A stretch of 55,301 nt of DNA from NCBI GenBank assembly GCA_030615265.1, contig JAUWZP010000002.1, positions 1 through 55,301 of the forward strand, written 5' to 3'. This stretch comes from Candidatus Bathyarchaeota archaeon. Its GTDB lineage: Archaea; Thermoproteota; Bathyarchaeia; Bathyarchaeales; Bathyarchaeaceae. The notes under the pieces are model-generated. The model was not told where the DNA came from. It did no database searches and saw only the letters and a list, made by a program, of their open reading frames with translations. Position 1 is the stretch's first letter. Each line of letters begins with the position of its first letter. The position numbers were made by a program, and so were the translations under genes. Below, piece by piece: positions 43,185-52,990 of the stretch.

Positions 43185-43755
43185 TCATCAGATGACCGCC
43201 GAAACCAACTGCCCAGAGCAGAGTGGGGTAAGCAATCATGCGTTCCATTCCTCCACAACCTAAACCCAGATAGATGCCTGAGCCAAAGAGGGCAAGCGCA
43301 ACGAGAGACAGTGCTCCCAAAAGAACAGCGGAGTAAGAGAGGGGTGATATCAGCAGTTTGTATGACGTGATGGCAGACAGCCCCCCGAACAAGAAGATAA
43401 TCAGAGAAACGACGCCGTGTATGGCTCCAGCAGTCTTGGGGAACAATCCCACCCCCATAGCACCGATACCTGTTAAGATCAAAAGCACGGAAAGAAGTCT
43501 AAAGTCGAACGCGTGTTGAATGAAGTAGGCCCCAGTTACGATAGTTACGCCAAGCAAGAACACCGATGTGTTGAAGATGAGAGCAGAACTCCCGACGCCC
43601 AGGTCGCTTATGTAATTTTCTGAGACACTGTAACCTGGATACAACGACTCCGCAATGATCAAACCAAGAAGAAACTGGACACTGCCGAAAAGTAGAAGCG
43701 CCCCTGCCAACTTTCTATTGTCAAACTTCATGATGTGAAGTAGGCGTTTCGACAT
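43150..43755 (-). CDS. DUF998-like polytopic membrane protein
   Basis: 201-aa ORF with about six hydrophobic segments and the block YPGYSVSENYISDLG. Confidence 0.6.
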   Translation of the reverse strand: MSKRLLHIMKFDNRKLAGALLLFGSVQFLLGLIIAESLYPGYSVSENYISDLGVGSSALIFNTSVFLLGVTIVTGAYFIQHAFDFRLLSVLLILTGIGAMGVGLFPKTAGAIHGVVSLIIFLFGGLSAITSYKLLISPLSYSAVLLGALSLVALALFGSGIYLGLGCGGMERMIAYPTLLWAVGFGGHLMSYSGDSAKATR

Positions 43756-43829
43756 CTTAAAACTTTATGTACCCAAGAATTAGACTATAGTATGAAAACT
43801 CAGATTGACGCGCGCATATTTCGTAATTG

Positions 43830-44584
43830 TCAGAGCCTCTTTTGCATGGTGCGTTCATGAATTTTTATAGCCGTAACTAGAAAGATGATTGCGAATGCTG
43901 CAAGAACTATCAGGTCAAGCTCAATTGGATAATGACTATTGCCTTGTATGGAATATCTTGCCAATCTGTAAAATATGTTAGAGGGGAGATCGAAGAGATA
44001 GTTTTTCCCCAAGCTGGCAATTCCTCTATTGGAATGAAAATTCCACTTATGAAAACCAATGGAAATTTTATCATTGATGACAACATCATTACGCTGGCTG
44101 GAGAGTCCGTGGGAGGATAAGCTGATAATAGTATGCTAAAACATGCGAAACAGAACGTTGCAAGGACAATCCCAAGTCCTAGAATCAAAGGATCGGCAAT
44201 TCGGACACCGATGAACAAGCCAAAAATGACTGGAAATACAGAAACAAGGGCTCCGAAAAAGAACGAGGAAAGCACATCGCCGAGGAAGATTGTCCAGATA
44301 GAAATGGGAGAGGATATAAGTCTCTCCAAGGTTCTTGCCCTTGCTTCCCAAGGAACGATGGCAGGTCCAACTGAGGTAGCCGTGAAAAAAGCAGTCATTC
44401 CAAGCAATCCCGGTACGAGAGCTTCAGCAGGCATGTTTCGCCCAATGTAGAATGACAGAAAAAGAAAAAAGGGTACTAGAAGGCCAAAAATGATGACTGG
44501 TCCTTTAGAATAATAGATCCGTACGTTCTTTTTGACGATTGCAAAAGACCGCTTAAACTGTCCCCAATAAAGATTGGTTTCCAA
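43830..44584 (-). pseudogene. ABC-2-type transporter permease, apparently frameshifted near the 3' end
   Basis: The 224-aa ORF ends ...SPLTYFTDWQDIPYK*. The overlapping -1 frame (43830..44012) continues with a plausible permease C-terminus YRLARYSIQGNSHYPIELDLIVLAAFAIIFLVTAIKIH. The shift lies around 43961..43981. Confidence 0.65.
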
Positions 44585-44599
44585 TAAAATATCCCCATC

Positions 44600-45529
44600 C
44601 TAACTTTCTTTCACGAGTTTAAGGAATACATCTTCTAAAGTGGGTCCGAGGGTGTTAATGGAAATTATCTTAACTCTCTTCGAACGTGCAAAATCAACCA
44701 GCTTATCTAACACTACACCCGGTTCATCCACGTAGAGTCTTATTTTATCTCCTGTCTTTTTTGCTTCCTTGACACCGTGAACCTTCGACAATTCATCAAC
44801 GCTTACTGCCCTGTCAAAGCTGACTTCAATGGACTGTAATCCACTGCTCCGCAATCGAAGCCTTTCTGGGCTATCAATTGTTGCAATTTTACCGTGGTTG
44901 ATAATTGCTATCCTATCGCAAAGCTGGTTAGCTTCCTCCATGTTGTGTGTCGTCAAGAACACAGTTTTGCCGTTTTTATTGAATTCTCGAATCATGTCTT
45001 TTATTAGTCGCTGACTCTCTACGTCCAAGCCAGAGGTTGGCTCGTCTAAAAAGAGGATTTGAGGCTCATTAATCAATGCCATACACAACAGCAGTTTCTG
45101 TTTCATTCCTCTTGAGAAGCCTTTGACAAGGTTTTTCCTTCGCTCGTATAGTCCAAATTCTTTCAGAAGCTTGCTGGCTCTTTCTTGCCTCTGCCTTTTA
45201 GGGACTCCATACAACTCTCCTATTAGCATTAGGTTGTTCCAAGCTGAAAGGTCCACGTAGGCATTCGCCATTTCAGGAACGATTCCCATCAACTGCTTAG
45301 TCTTAAGACCTTCTCTCAGAATGTCATAACTCAAGATCGAGGCTGTACCTTCATCTGGCTTAATTACGCCAGTGAGCATTCGAATTGTAGTGGTCTTACC
45401 GGCAGCGTTAGGTCCTAAAAAACCAAAAAGTTCTCCCTTCTTAACCTGAAAGCTGATGTGGTCAACAGCCACTACCTCGCCAAAATGTTTCGTCAGATTT
45501 GAAACTTCTACTGCATTTTCAGTGGTCAT
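44600..45529 (-). CDS. ABC transporter ATP-binding protein
   Basis: Walker A GPNAAGKTT, signature FSRGMKQKL, Walker B ILFLDEPTSGLD. Confidence 0.9.
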   Translation of the reverse strand: MTTENAVEVSNLTKHFGEVVAVDHISFQVKKGELFGFLGPNAAGKTTTIRMLTGVIKPDEGTASILSYDILREGLKTKQLMGIVPEMANAYVDLSAWNNLMLIGELYGVPKRQRQERASKLLKEFGLYERRKNLVKGFSRGMKQKLLLCMALINEPQILFLDEPTSGLDVESQRLIKDMIREFNKNGKTVFLTTHNMEEANQLCDRIAIINHGKIATIDSPERLRLRSSGLQSIEVSFDRAVSVDELSKVHGVKEAKKTGDKIRLYVDEPGVVLDKLVDFARSKRVKIISINTLGPTLEDVFLKLVKES

Positions 45530-45869
45530 GACCGACCACCTCTGGCAAGTCCGTTAAGAGATTGATCCTGATCTCCTTTGTTTTTAATCTCCAGATCTTT
45601 TCAGGAGCACCGCCTCCAACCTCTCGATATTCAGCTAATTCGATAATACTTGCCTCTTCCAGTTCGGAAAGATGATAATAGAGCCCTGACCTGGAAAGAC
45701 TCTCTCCCGCTTCCTTTAATCCCTCGAAAATTTCACTAGTACTTTTTGCCTCGTCTCCTATGAGGCGGATAATTATCCATCTAGTCGGGCAGTGAAGAGC
45801 CCTAAAGTACTTCTGAAACCTACTGAACTTCTGTGGACAGCACCCTTCACATCCGTCGCCGCACATCAA
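45519..45869 (-). CDS. ArsR-family winged-helix regulator with Cys-rich N-terminus
   Basis: MMCGDGCEGCCP, then ALHCPTRWIIIRLI...SGLYYHLSELEEASIIE. Overlaps the ABC ATPase start. Confidence 0.75.
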   Translation of the reverse strand: MMCGDGCEGCCPQKFSRFQKYFRALHCPTRWIIIRLIGDEAKSTSEIFEGLKEAGESLSRSGLYYHLSELEEASIIELAEYREVGGGAPEKIWRLKTKEIRINLLTDLPEVVGHDH

Positions 45870-46215
45870 ATACTCACCTGAGTTAGATCTTTGAATTGAA
45901 AGCCACTTTCCTTGCCACTCGCGAGATGGTTGATGAATCTACGTCTCTTTCAAATGTTTTTCAGCATAGCTCAGTTCGACATCAGCATCTTCGTATTTGC
46001 CTTTGGAAATCAACTTTCGTGCTTCGCTTATGTGTTTCAACGCGCAGCCTTTCAGATCATGTTCAAACTCACATCTCTCTTCTTTCTTGCACATACATTT
46101 CCCTACTTTGGTTTTGATTATATCATCAAAGATACTGTAATATTACAGCGATATTTAAACCTTATTCCCAAATAGGGAAAAAGCCTAGAAAAACACTCAA
46201 AATACTAAGATATGA

Positions 46216-46347
46216 TGGCGCCGGGAATGGGATTCGAACCCATGCGGCCCCGAAAGGCCACAGGCTTTCTAGCCGCGGTCTCAAGGCCTGCGCTTTATCC
46301 ACTCAGCCTACGGGATGTAAGACGTTTGGTTCTTGCATTATCCCGGC
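46216..46347 (-). tRNA. tRNA-Ser (anticodon UGA) with two introns and encoded CCA
   Basis: Hand fold: acceptor GCCGGGA/TCCCGGC, D stem GCT/AGC, anticodon stem CAGGC/GCCTG with loop CTTGAG^A (13-nt insert after position 37), long variable arm, T arm ATGGG-TTCGAAT-CCCAT, G73, CCA. A ~31-nt insert lies between the acceptor stem and the D stem. Confidence 0.8.
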
Positions 46348-46508
46348 ACGTCTCAGGTCCCGACGCCTGTCTGGCTAATGTTTCTAGGTTTGCTCTTCCA
46401 TAAAATCTTTGTCTTAGGCAGACACTGTTTATTTGGTTTGCTCAATGAATCTGTTTCGAGTTTGGGAATCTAGTTGACCTTTGAACATGGACTAAGAGTC
46501 AAAAACGG

Positions 46509-46982
46509 TTAACTTGGCTTTTTGAAGCGGTAGAAAACTCTCCCATCTTCCAGTTCGACAATCTTCAGCTTCAATTTGTCTCCGATTTTGAGTTCGTCAT
46601 ATCTTGCGTTGTCTATCCGCGCGGAAATCAGCAAGCCACCTATCTTCACTATGCCAATGCAGAAGGGAACGTCTTGACCAAAACCTAGGGGTGCACCAAG
46701 CCGCATCTCAGTGAAGGCATAAAGTTCGCCTTCTGTTCCTATGTCAACCCATTCCAGTTCGTCAGACAAGCATTCTGGGCAAACGATTCTGGGAGGCCAT
46801 GAAAGTTTGGCACATCTTTTGCATTTGGTTGTTGTCAGGCGTCCTTCCTTTAGATTCTCAAAAAACTGGCTGATTCGCGTGTATTTTTCATCCTCAAGCG
46901 GATAGAAGTCCAGCATGAACGGGAGCTTTATGGTTTCGGGTCGCTTGACTTTGTCAAATTCTGGTTTGCTCATTTCAGTCAC
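46509..46982 (-). CDS. DUF35 Zn-ribbon/OB-fold protein (thiolase partner)
   Basis: CKRCAKLSWPPRIVCPECLS, then an OB-fold-like C-terminus. 4-nt overlap with the upstream thiolase-like gene. Confidence 0.8.
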   Translation of the reverse strand: MTEMSKPEFDKVKRPETIKLPFMLDFYPLEDEKYTRISQFFENLKEGRLTTTKCKRCAKLSWPPRIVCPECLSDELEWVDIGTEGELYAFTEMRLGAPLGFGQDVPFCIGIVKIGGLLISARIDNARYDELKIGDKLKLKIVELEDGRVFYRFKKPS

Positions 46983-48142
46983 CTCGAATAGATAACTATG
47001 CTATGGACGTTCGCTGCTCCGCTTAGGTTGTGTGCAACCGCAATTTCGGCATCATTGACGAGTCTTCCTTTCGGAACTGCGCCTTTAAATTGTTGAAGTA
47101 TGTCTATGGCTTGGAGAATCGCTGTTGCGCCAAGTGGATGTCCGCATCCAAGTAGTCCTCCTCTGGGGTTTACGGCAACTTTTCCGCCGATGTAAGGTTG
47201 GCCGTCTTCAATGAATTTTCCACCCTCGCCTTTTTCGCACCATCCAAATGCTTCGTACTCTATGATTTCAGATATGGTGAAACAATCGTGTACCTCCGCA
47301 ATGTCAATGTTGTCTAATGTAATTTTTGCCGATCTTAGAGCTTCCTTAGCTGCGATTTTCAGGGGAACCCAATCGGTTAGGCTAGCAAAATTGTTTATTG
47401 CATTTCCTATGCTAGCTTGCCCACTTCCGATGACGTACATGGGCGTATCTGCATATTTCTTCGCATCTTCAGCTGGAACGAGAATCACACCAGCTGCCCC
47501 GTCGGTTATTCCGCTGCAATCGAAAAGGTTGAGTGGAGGAGCTATAGCCACTGATTTCAGCACATCTTCAACTGTAATCTCTTTCTGAAATTGAGCAAAA
47601 GGGTTCAATGACGAATAGTGATGGTTTTTCACAGAGACAAGCGCCATCTGATCTTTAGTTGTGCCATACTCATGCATATGCCTCTGTGCAGTCATCGCAA
47701 AGAACGGTGGAGCCGAAAGCCCGTTGACTCCATCCCATTCACGGTCTAACACGCAGGTCATGTTGGTTTGGGCTTCAGCCATGTCGGGCATAAACATCTT
47801 TTCCACCCCAAAAGCAACCGCTACATCAGCTAAGCCTGTGGCAACACAAGCCCACGCATATCTAATCGCCGCTTGACCAGAAGCACACATGAGTTCGGTT
47901 CGGGCAATAACTTTCCTAGGTGTGATGCCCAGATACTCGGCGACCATGGGAGCTACATGCGCCTGAAAAACGAATCTTTCTGGTTGTGCTGCTCCGACGA
48001 TGAGGCTATCAACATCCTTAGGTGACAAGTTGTCAACGGATTCAAACATGGCTTTTCCAGCTTCCTGCACTAGGTCTCGCCAACTTGCCTTTCTTTTGCC
48101 GCATCTGGTTGCTCCTCCGCCGACAATTGCAACTTTTCTCAT
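46979..48142 (-). CDS. Thiolase-like (SCP-x/archaeal acetoacetyl-CoA thiolase type) protein
   Basis: MRKVAIVGGGATRCG, CASGQAAI (active-site Cys region), GGLLGCGHPLGATA. Confidence 0.9.
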   Translation of the reverse strand: MRKVAIVGGGATRCGKRKASWRDLVQEAGKAMFESVDNLSPKDVDSLIVGAAQPERFVFQAHVAPMVAEYLGITPRKVIARTELMCASGQAAIRYAWACVATGLADVAVAFGVEKMFMPDMAEAQTNMTCVLDREWDGVNGLSAPPFFAMTAQRHMHEYGTTKDQMALVSVKNHHYSSLNPFAQFQKEITVEDVLKSVAIAPPLNLFDCSGITDGAAGVILVPAEDAKKYADTPMYVIGSGQASIGNAINNFASLTDWVPLKIAAKEALRSAKITLDNIDIAEVHDCFTISEIIEYEAFGWCEKGEGGKFIEDGQPYIGGKVAVNPRGGLLGCGHPLGATAILQAIDILQQFKGAVPKGRLVNDAEIAVAHNLSGAANVHSIVIYSR

Positions 48143-48252
48143 TTAGACTCCTTCATTGATGCACATGCTTGTAGTGAATTATTGAAATGGCAATGCACGC
48201 TTATAACTATAGCATTGACGAATAGGTTTAGTTAAAAAAGGGGAAAAGAAAG

Positions 48253-49062
48253 TCATTTTCCTTTAAACTGCGGCTTCCTTTTTTCTAGAAAGGCGCTTAC
48301 TCCTTCCTTGAAGTCTTCGGTTGAGGCTACAATTCCAAATGCTTCAGCTTCTTGCCACATTCCAACGTCAGGGTGAGTCTCGGTGCTGTTGTTTATCAAC
48401 GCCTTAGACAACTTAATGGCTATAGGAGGCTTACCAGCAAGTTCTAACGCGAACTCCTTAACTTTTGACTTTAACTGGTCGGCTGGCACAACAGCGTTCA
48501 ACAAGCCTAAGCGCTCAGCGGTTTTTGCGTCAATTCGTTTGCCTGTAAAGATCATTTCCTTGGCTATCGCCTTGCCAACGAATCTGGGCAGTCGTTGAGT
48601 CCCACCCCAGCCTGGGATCAGTCCCACGTTTATCTCTGGTTGTCCAAGCTGGGCGTTTTCAGAAGCGATTCTGAGGTCGCATGCCATGGCTAGTTCTAAG
48701 CCGCCTCCAAATGCGTAGCCGTTTATAGCAGCTATTACTGGCTTTCCTAAGGCTTCAATTTGATCGCACAACTGTTGTCCCAGTCTTGAGAGCTCTACAC
48801 CTTTCACTGGAGTTACGTCTTTCATCATTTTGAGGTCGGCGCCAGCGGAAAAGGCTCTATCTCCGGCGCCTGTGATCACGATCACTCTTATGTTTTCATC
48901 GTTTTTGGCGTCTTCAAGCCTAGCCATAATTTCTTTTGCGGTTTCCGCGTTTAAGGCGTTGAGCGCTTTGGGTCGGTTGATTGTGATGGTTGCTATTTTC
49001 TCGCTTTTCTCGTAGAGGGTGTTTCTAGATTCCATGATTTTCTCTCCTTGTGTATTTCTCAT
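48253..49062 (-). CDS. Enoyl-CoA hydratase (crotonase family)
   Basis: ITINRPKALNAL, ITGAGDRAFSAGADL, GYAFGGGLELAMACD. Confidence 0.9.
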   Translation of the reverse strand: MRNTQGEKIMESRNTLYEKSEKIATITINRPKALNALNAETAKEIMARLEDAKNDENIRVIVITGAGDRAFSAGADLKMMKDVTPVKGVELSRLGQQLCDQIEALGKPVIAAINGYAFGGGLELAMACDLRIASENAQLGQPEINVGLIPGWGGTQRLPRFVGKAIAKEMIFTGKRIDAKTAERLGLLNAVVPADQLKSKVKEFALELAGKPPIAIKLSKALINNSTETHPDVGMWQEAEAFGIVASTEDFKEGVSAFLEKRKPQFKGK

Positions 49063-49922
49063 TACTTTTTCCAGTCGTAGAAGCCCTTTCCAGTTTTTCT
49101 ACCTAGCAGACCCGCTCTCACCATCTGTCTCAGTAATGGGCAGGGTCTGTATTTTGGGTCAAGATCGTCTCTCAGAAGTTCAGCTATGGAAAGAGTTGTG
49201 TCTAATCCGAGGTAGTCAAGCAGTTTTAGGGGTCCCATTGGCCAGTTTAGGCCGAGTTTTATGGCTTTGTCTATGTCTTCTGGGTCAGCTATTCCTTCGT
49301 GAACAAGAAATATAGCCTCGTTCAGCGCTGGGATAAGTATTCTGTTCACTATGAAGCCCGGGGAATCCTTCTTTACGATTACTGATTCTTTGCCCATTCT
49401 TTTGGTTACTTCAACTATGACATTGACGGTTTCATCGGAGGTTTTGGCTCCGCGGATTATCTCTATGAGCTTCATCAGTTGGGGCGGATTGAAGAAGTGC
49501 ATGCCGCAGACTTTTTCCGGTCGGTTGGTTGCAGAGGCAATTTCGGTTATGCTAATTGAAGACGTGTTTGAGGCGATTATGGCTTCTGGTTTGGCGAGTT
49601 TGTCAACTTCGGCAAAGACGTTTTTTTTGATTTCAACTTTTTCTGGAACTGCTTCGATTATTAGGTCGGCGTCTGCTACGGCTTCTTTCAGGTCCAGCAT
49701 TGGATGGATTCTTGCTAAGACTTCTTTGGCTTCAGCTTCTGTTATTACTCCCTTCTTGAGAAACCTTTGCAGGCTGTTGTTTATCATTTTCATGCCGTTG
49801 TCAACGAATTCTTGTTTCACGTCTCTCAGATTGACCTCGCATTTAGCTACTTGGGCCAAGACTTGGGCGATGCCATGTCCCATTAAACCAGCGCCTAGAA
49901 CCGCTACTTTTCGTATTTCCAT
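49062..49922 (-). CDS. 3-hydroxyacyl/3-hydroxybutyryl-CoA dehydrogenase
   Basis: ATG 49922 gives [20 protein letters not shown]. Also [24 protein letters not shown]. The ORF track extends it spuriously to 50054. Confidence 0.9.
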   Translation of the reverse strand: MEIRKVAVLGAGLMGHGIAQVLAQVAKCEVNLRDVKQEFVDNGMKMINNSLQRFLKKGVITEAEAKEVLARIHPMLDLKEAVADADLIIEAVPEKVEIKKNVFAEVDKLAKPEAIIASNTSSISITEIASATNRPEKVCGMHFFNPPQLMKLIEIIRGAKTSDETVNVIVEVTKRMGKESVIVKKDSPGFIVNRILIPALNEAIFLVHEGIADPEDIDKAIKLGLNWPMGPLKLLDYLGLDTTLSIAELLRDDLDPKYRPCPLLRQMVRAGLLGRKTGKGFYDWKK

Positions 49923-50037
49923 ATTTACACCTCTTGAATTCAAGAAGTAAACAGCGAAGAGGATATATAATTTCCGACAACGATTAATAAACTTACATAC
50001 GTGTTTCAGGGGCAGCAGAGAACGGGATGATGAGCAT

Positions 50038-51597
50038 ATGATCTGGTTGAACATGGGGCAAATCTTGAAGGTTCACGCCAAAAATTATCCTAATAAGTTG
50101 GCGTTGAAGGATTGGCGTGGAGAGGCTAGGACTTACCCTGAGCTTGAGTCTAGGACAAACAAACTCGCGAACAGCTTATTGAGTATGGGTTTGCGTAAGG
50201 GCGATAGACTCGCTGTAATGCTCTACAACTGTGTGGAGTTTGTGGAGGTCTGTTGTGCCTGTGCGAAGATTGGTGTGGTTGTTGTCACGGTTAATTGGCG
50301 TTTCCTTGGTAAAGAAATTGAGTATGTGGTCAATAATTCTGACGCCAGAGCGATGATAGTGGATGAAGAATTTGTTGATGTTATAAATTCGGTTCGCTCA
50401 AACCTTCGAAACATTGGTGAAGAGAGTTTTATAGTGGTTGGTCGGGTTGCTCCCGAGGGCTTCATTAACTATGAAAATCTTGTAGAAGGCTCTCCAGATA
50501 GCGAGCCACATGTAAAAGTCGACAGCGAAGACACGTGGTTTCAGATATACACCTCGGGAACCACGGGGATACCGAAGGGTGTTGTCCGCTCTCACGAATC
50601 ATACGTATCGTTTTATCTGATTAATGCGGTCGAGTTCGAGTTTTCACAAGAGGATAAAGGTATGATAGTCATGCCCTTGTATCATGTGAACTCGACTTTC
50701 TACGGTCTACTGTTCATATACATTGGTGCATCTCTTTATGTCAGTTGGGACAAGGGGTTTGATCCGGTTGAGCTTCTGCGTGTGATAGACGAGGAGAAGG
50801 TGACATTCATCTCGCTGATACCGACTCATTATCATTTGATATTGAATGTTCCTGAGGATGTGAGGAAGAAGTTTGACTTGAGTTCTATGCGGAGCTTCCT
50901 ATGTTCTTCGGCGCCTGTCCGGAGCAAGATAAAGAAGGGGATTCTGAAGTGTTTCCCCGACGTCAAGTTGTTTGAGGCTTATGGCTCTACGGAGGCTGGT
51001 CTCGTCACGATTCTCAGGCCCGAGGATCAGCTGAGGAAGCTGGGTTCAATGGGGCGAGAGTGTCTCGGAACTGATGTGATTAGGCTTCTGGATGAGAACG
51101 GGAATGAGGTGTCTGTTGGCGAGGTTGGGGAGTTGTATTCTCGGGGGCCGATGATGTTTGATGAATATTACAAGATGCCTGAGAAGACGAAAGACTCGTT
51201 TAGAGGTGACCTCTTCACCGCTCGGGACATGGTTAAGCGTGACGAGGAGGGCTACTACTACATCGTCGACAGGAAGGATAACATGATTATAACAGGTGGA
51301 GAGCATGTTTATCCCTCTGAGGTTGAGGAAGTTGTTTCTAGGCATCCAAAGGTTTTCGATGTTGCTGTGGTCGGTGTGCCTGATGAGAAGTGGGGTGAGG
51401 CTGTGAAGGCGGTTGTGATTTTGAAAGAGGGTGAGAGAGCCACTGAAGAGGAGATTATTGAGTGGTGTCGTGGGAAGATGGCTGGGTACAAAAAGCCGAA
51501 GTCGGTGGATTTTATTTCGCCCGAAGAAATGCCTAGAACAGCAACGGGAAAGATTCTGCACAGAAAATTGAGAGAGAAATACGCTCAACCACTCTAG
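50038..51597 (+). CDS. AMP-dependent acyl-CoA synthetase/ligase
   Basis: [66 protein letters not shown]. The likely start is ATG 50053. Confidence 0.9.
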   Translation: MIWLNMGQILKVHAKNYPNKLALKDWRGEARTYPELESRTNKLANSLLSMGLRKGDRLAVMLYNCVEFVEVCCACAKIGVVVVTVNWRFLGKEIEYVVNNSDARAMIVDEEFVDVINSVRSNLRNIGEESFIVVGRVAPEGFINYENLVEGSPDSEPHVKVDSEDTWFQIYTSGTTGIPKGVVRSHESYVSFYLINAVEFEFSQEDKGMIVMPLYHVNSTFYGLLFIYIGASLYVSWDKGFDPVELLRVIDEEKVTFISLIPTHYHLILNVPEDVRKKFDLSSMRSFLCSSAPVRSKIKKGILKCFPDVKLFEAYGSTEAGLVTILRPEDQLRKLGSMGRECLGTDVIRLLDENGNEVSVGEVGELYSRGPMMFDEYYKMPEKTKDSFRGDLFTARDMVKRDEEGYYYIVDRKDNMIITGGEHVYPSEVEEVVSRHPKVFDVAVVGVPDEKWGEAVKAVVILKEGERATEEEIIEWCRGKMAGYKKPKSVDFISPEEMPRTATGKILHRKLREKYAQPL

Positions 51598-51633
51598 ATG
51601 GCATGGGCAAGGTTTGTTTGAATAAATCGGCTG

Positions 51634-52929
51634 TTGGGAGACTCTGCTATGAAGGAATATACAATGTTTAATCGCGTTTTCGGCGGGGTTCGCACAAGGA
51701 TGTATGGTGTTGCTTCAAGGCTGGGGCTTGCGAATTTGCCCTTTCAAATCTATGTTATGCTTGTCCTAAGTCTCCTGTTCTCTTTGGGAAGGAGCCTGGC
51801 GTTTCCCTATCTTGCTATGTATTTGACTGGGAAGAGCGCGAGCGGTGGGCTCGAGATGGACCCGTCGCTCGTGGGCGTTATGTTGATGGTGGGTGGGTTT
51901 GCATCGATTTTCGCGTTGCTTGTCAGTGGGAGTCTTTGTGATAGGTTTGGTAGGAGGAAGATGATGTTGCTTTTCGTCGTTCCGCAGATTGTTTTGACTG
52001 CTGGTTATGCTTATGCCACTTTGTTCACCGAGTTTTTAGTGTTGTACATTGTGATGAGGGTGATTGGAGCCTTCTATGATCCAGCTTACAGCGCTATGAT
52101 TGCTGACCTTGTTCAGCCTGACCGACGAGAGGAGGTCTATGGTTTGAGTTATATGATAATGAACATTGGAGTTGTGTTTGCTCCGCCGATTGGAGGCGTC
52201 ATAGCGGGTGCAAGTGGATATCCCATCCTGTTTATGTATGCGGCGGTGTTCATGGCTGTCTGTGCGGTCATTGTTTTTGTGTTGATCAAGGAGTCTTACT
52301 CTCAAAAAGAGGGCAGTAGTGTTACTTTGGCTCAGCTTGGTGGAGTGTTCAGGGACCGATTGTTCATCTTGTTCTGTTCTGTTGGGGCCCTGACCAGTCT
52401 GGTGTATTCTCAACTCTATGGGTTGCTTTCTGTCTACATCGAGTATGTTGGTCTTGCGCCTTACGTTTTTGGCATCTTGTTTTCTATCAACGGAGCCATG
52501 GTTGTGGTGCTGCAGATTCCCATCAGAAAAGCTGCCATGAGAATTGGAAGCACAAAGGCGTTTATAGTAGCCCAGCTGTTTTTTGCGGTTGGTTTCACCT
52601 ACTTCTTAGTGTCTAAAGATTTTTTCCAGTTTCTGATAGGTGTCGTCATTCTAACGCTTGGAGAAATAACGATTATGCCTGCCAGTTCTGGATTTATCGC
52701 CAATTTGTCGCCAGTTGACATGAGGGGAAGATACATGGCGCTGTCGGGTCTCTTCTTCGGGATTGGCGGAGCAATTGGAGCCATGATGGGATTCAGGCTC
52801 TACGGAGTCTTGCCCAATAAAGAATTTGTTTGGGCTGTCTTGGGAGCGATTGGATTCGCCACGCTGCCCGGCTACTTGTACTTATGGAAAGCTCATAAAA
52901 AGACCCAGAGAACGCCCGCAAATGATTAG
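51634..52929 (+). CDS. MFS transporter
   Basis: About 12 hydrophobic segments and the GSLCDRFGRRKMM loop motif. The likely start is ATG 51649. Confidence 0.85.
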   Translation: MGDSAMKEYTMFNRVFGGVRTRMYGVASRLGLANLPFQIYVMLVLSLLFSLGRSLAFPYLAMYLTGKSASGGLEMDPSLVGVMLMVGGFASIFALLVSGSLCDRFGRRKMMLLFVVPQIVLTAGYAYATLFTEFLVLYIVMRVIGAFYDPAYSAMIADLVQPDRREEVYGLSYMIMNIGVVFAPPIGGVIAGASGYPILFMYAAVFMAVCAVIVFVLIKESYSQKEGSSVTLAQLGGVFRDRLFILFCSVGALTSLVYSQLYGLLSVYIEYVGLAPYVFGILFSINGAMVVVLQIPIRKAAMRIGSTKAFIVAQLFFAVGFTYFLVSKDFFQFLIGVVILTLGEITIMPASSGFIANLSPVDMRGRYMALSGLFFGIGGAIGAMMGFRLYGVLPNKEFVWAVLGAIGFATLPGYLYLWKAHKKTQRTPAND

Positions 52930-52990
52930 GTAAATAATATTAGTGGTGCAGAGAAACGATGACTGGATACATGAAACAACTTAGGTGGTA

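Noticed and set aside
43961-43981. Programmed -1 ribosomal frameshift in the ABC-2 permease
   Set aside because: No canonical X-XXY-YYZ slippery heptamer or obvious downstream structure. A simple 1-nt indel is more parsimonious.
45896-46175. Two overlapping + strand ORFs (73 and 87 aa) between the ArsR gene and the tRNA, and a 51-aa minus-strand ORF (MCKKEERCEFEHDLKGC...)
   Set aside because: No motifs, odd composition, and they overlap each other. The minus-strand mini-ORF is below any confidence threshold without conservation data.
46216-46347. tRNA-Ser as the attachment site of the integrated element
   Set aside because: I scanned 33.5-34.0 kb and 41.7-42.2 kb for any copy of the tRNA 3' half (GGGTTCGAATCCC / GGGATTCGAACCC) and found none. 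Host-like genes lie between the integrase and the tRNA.
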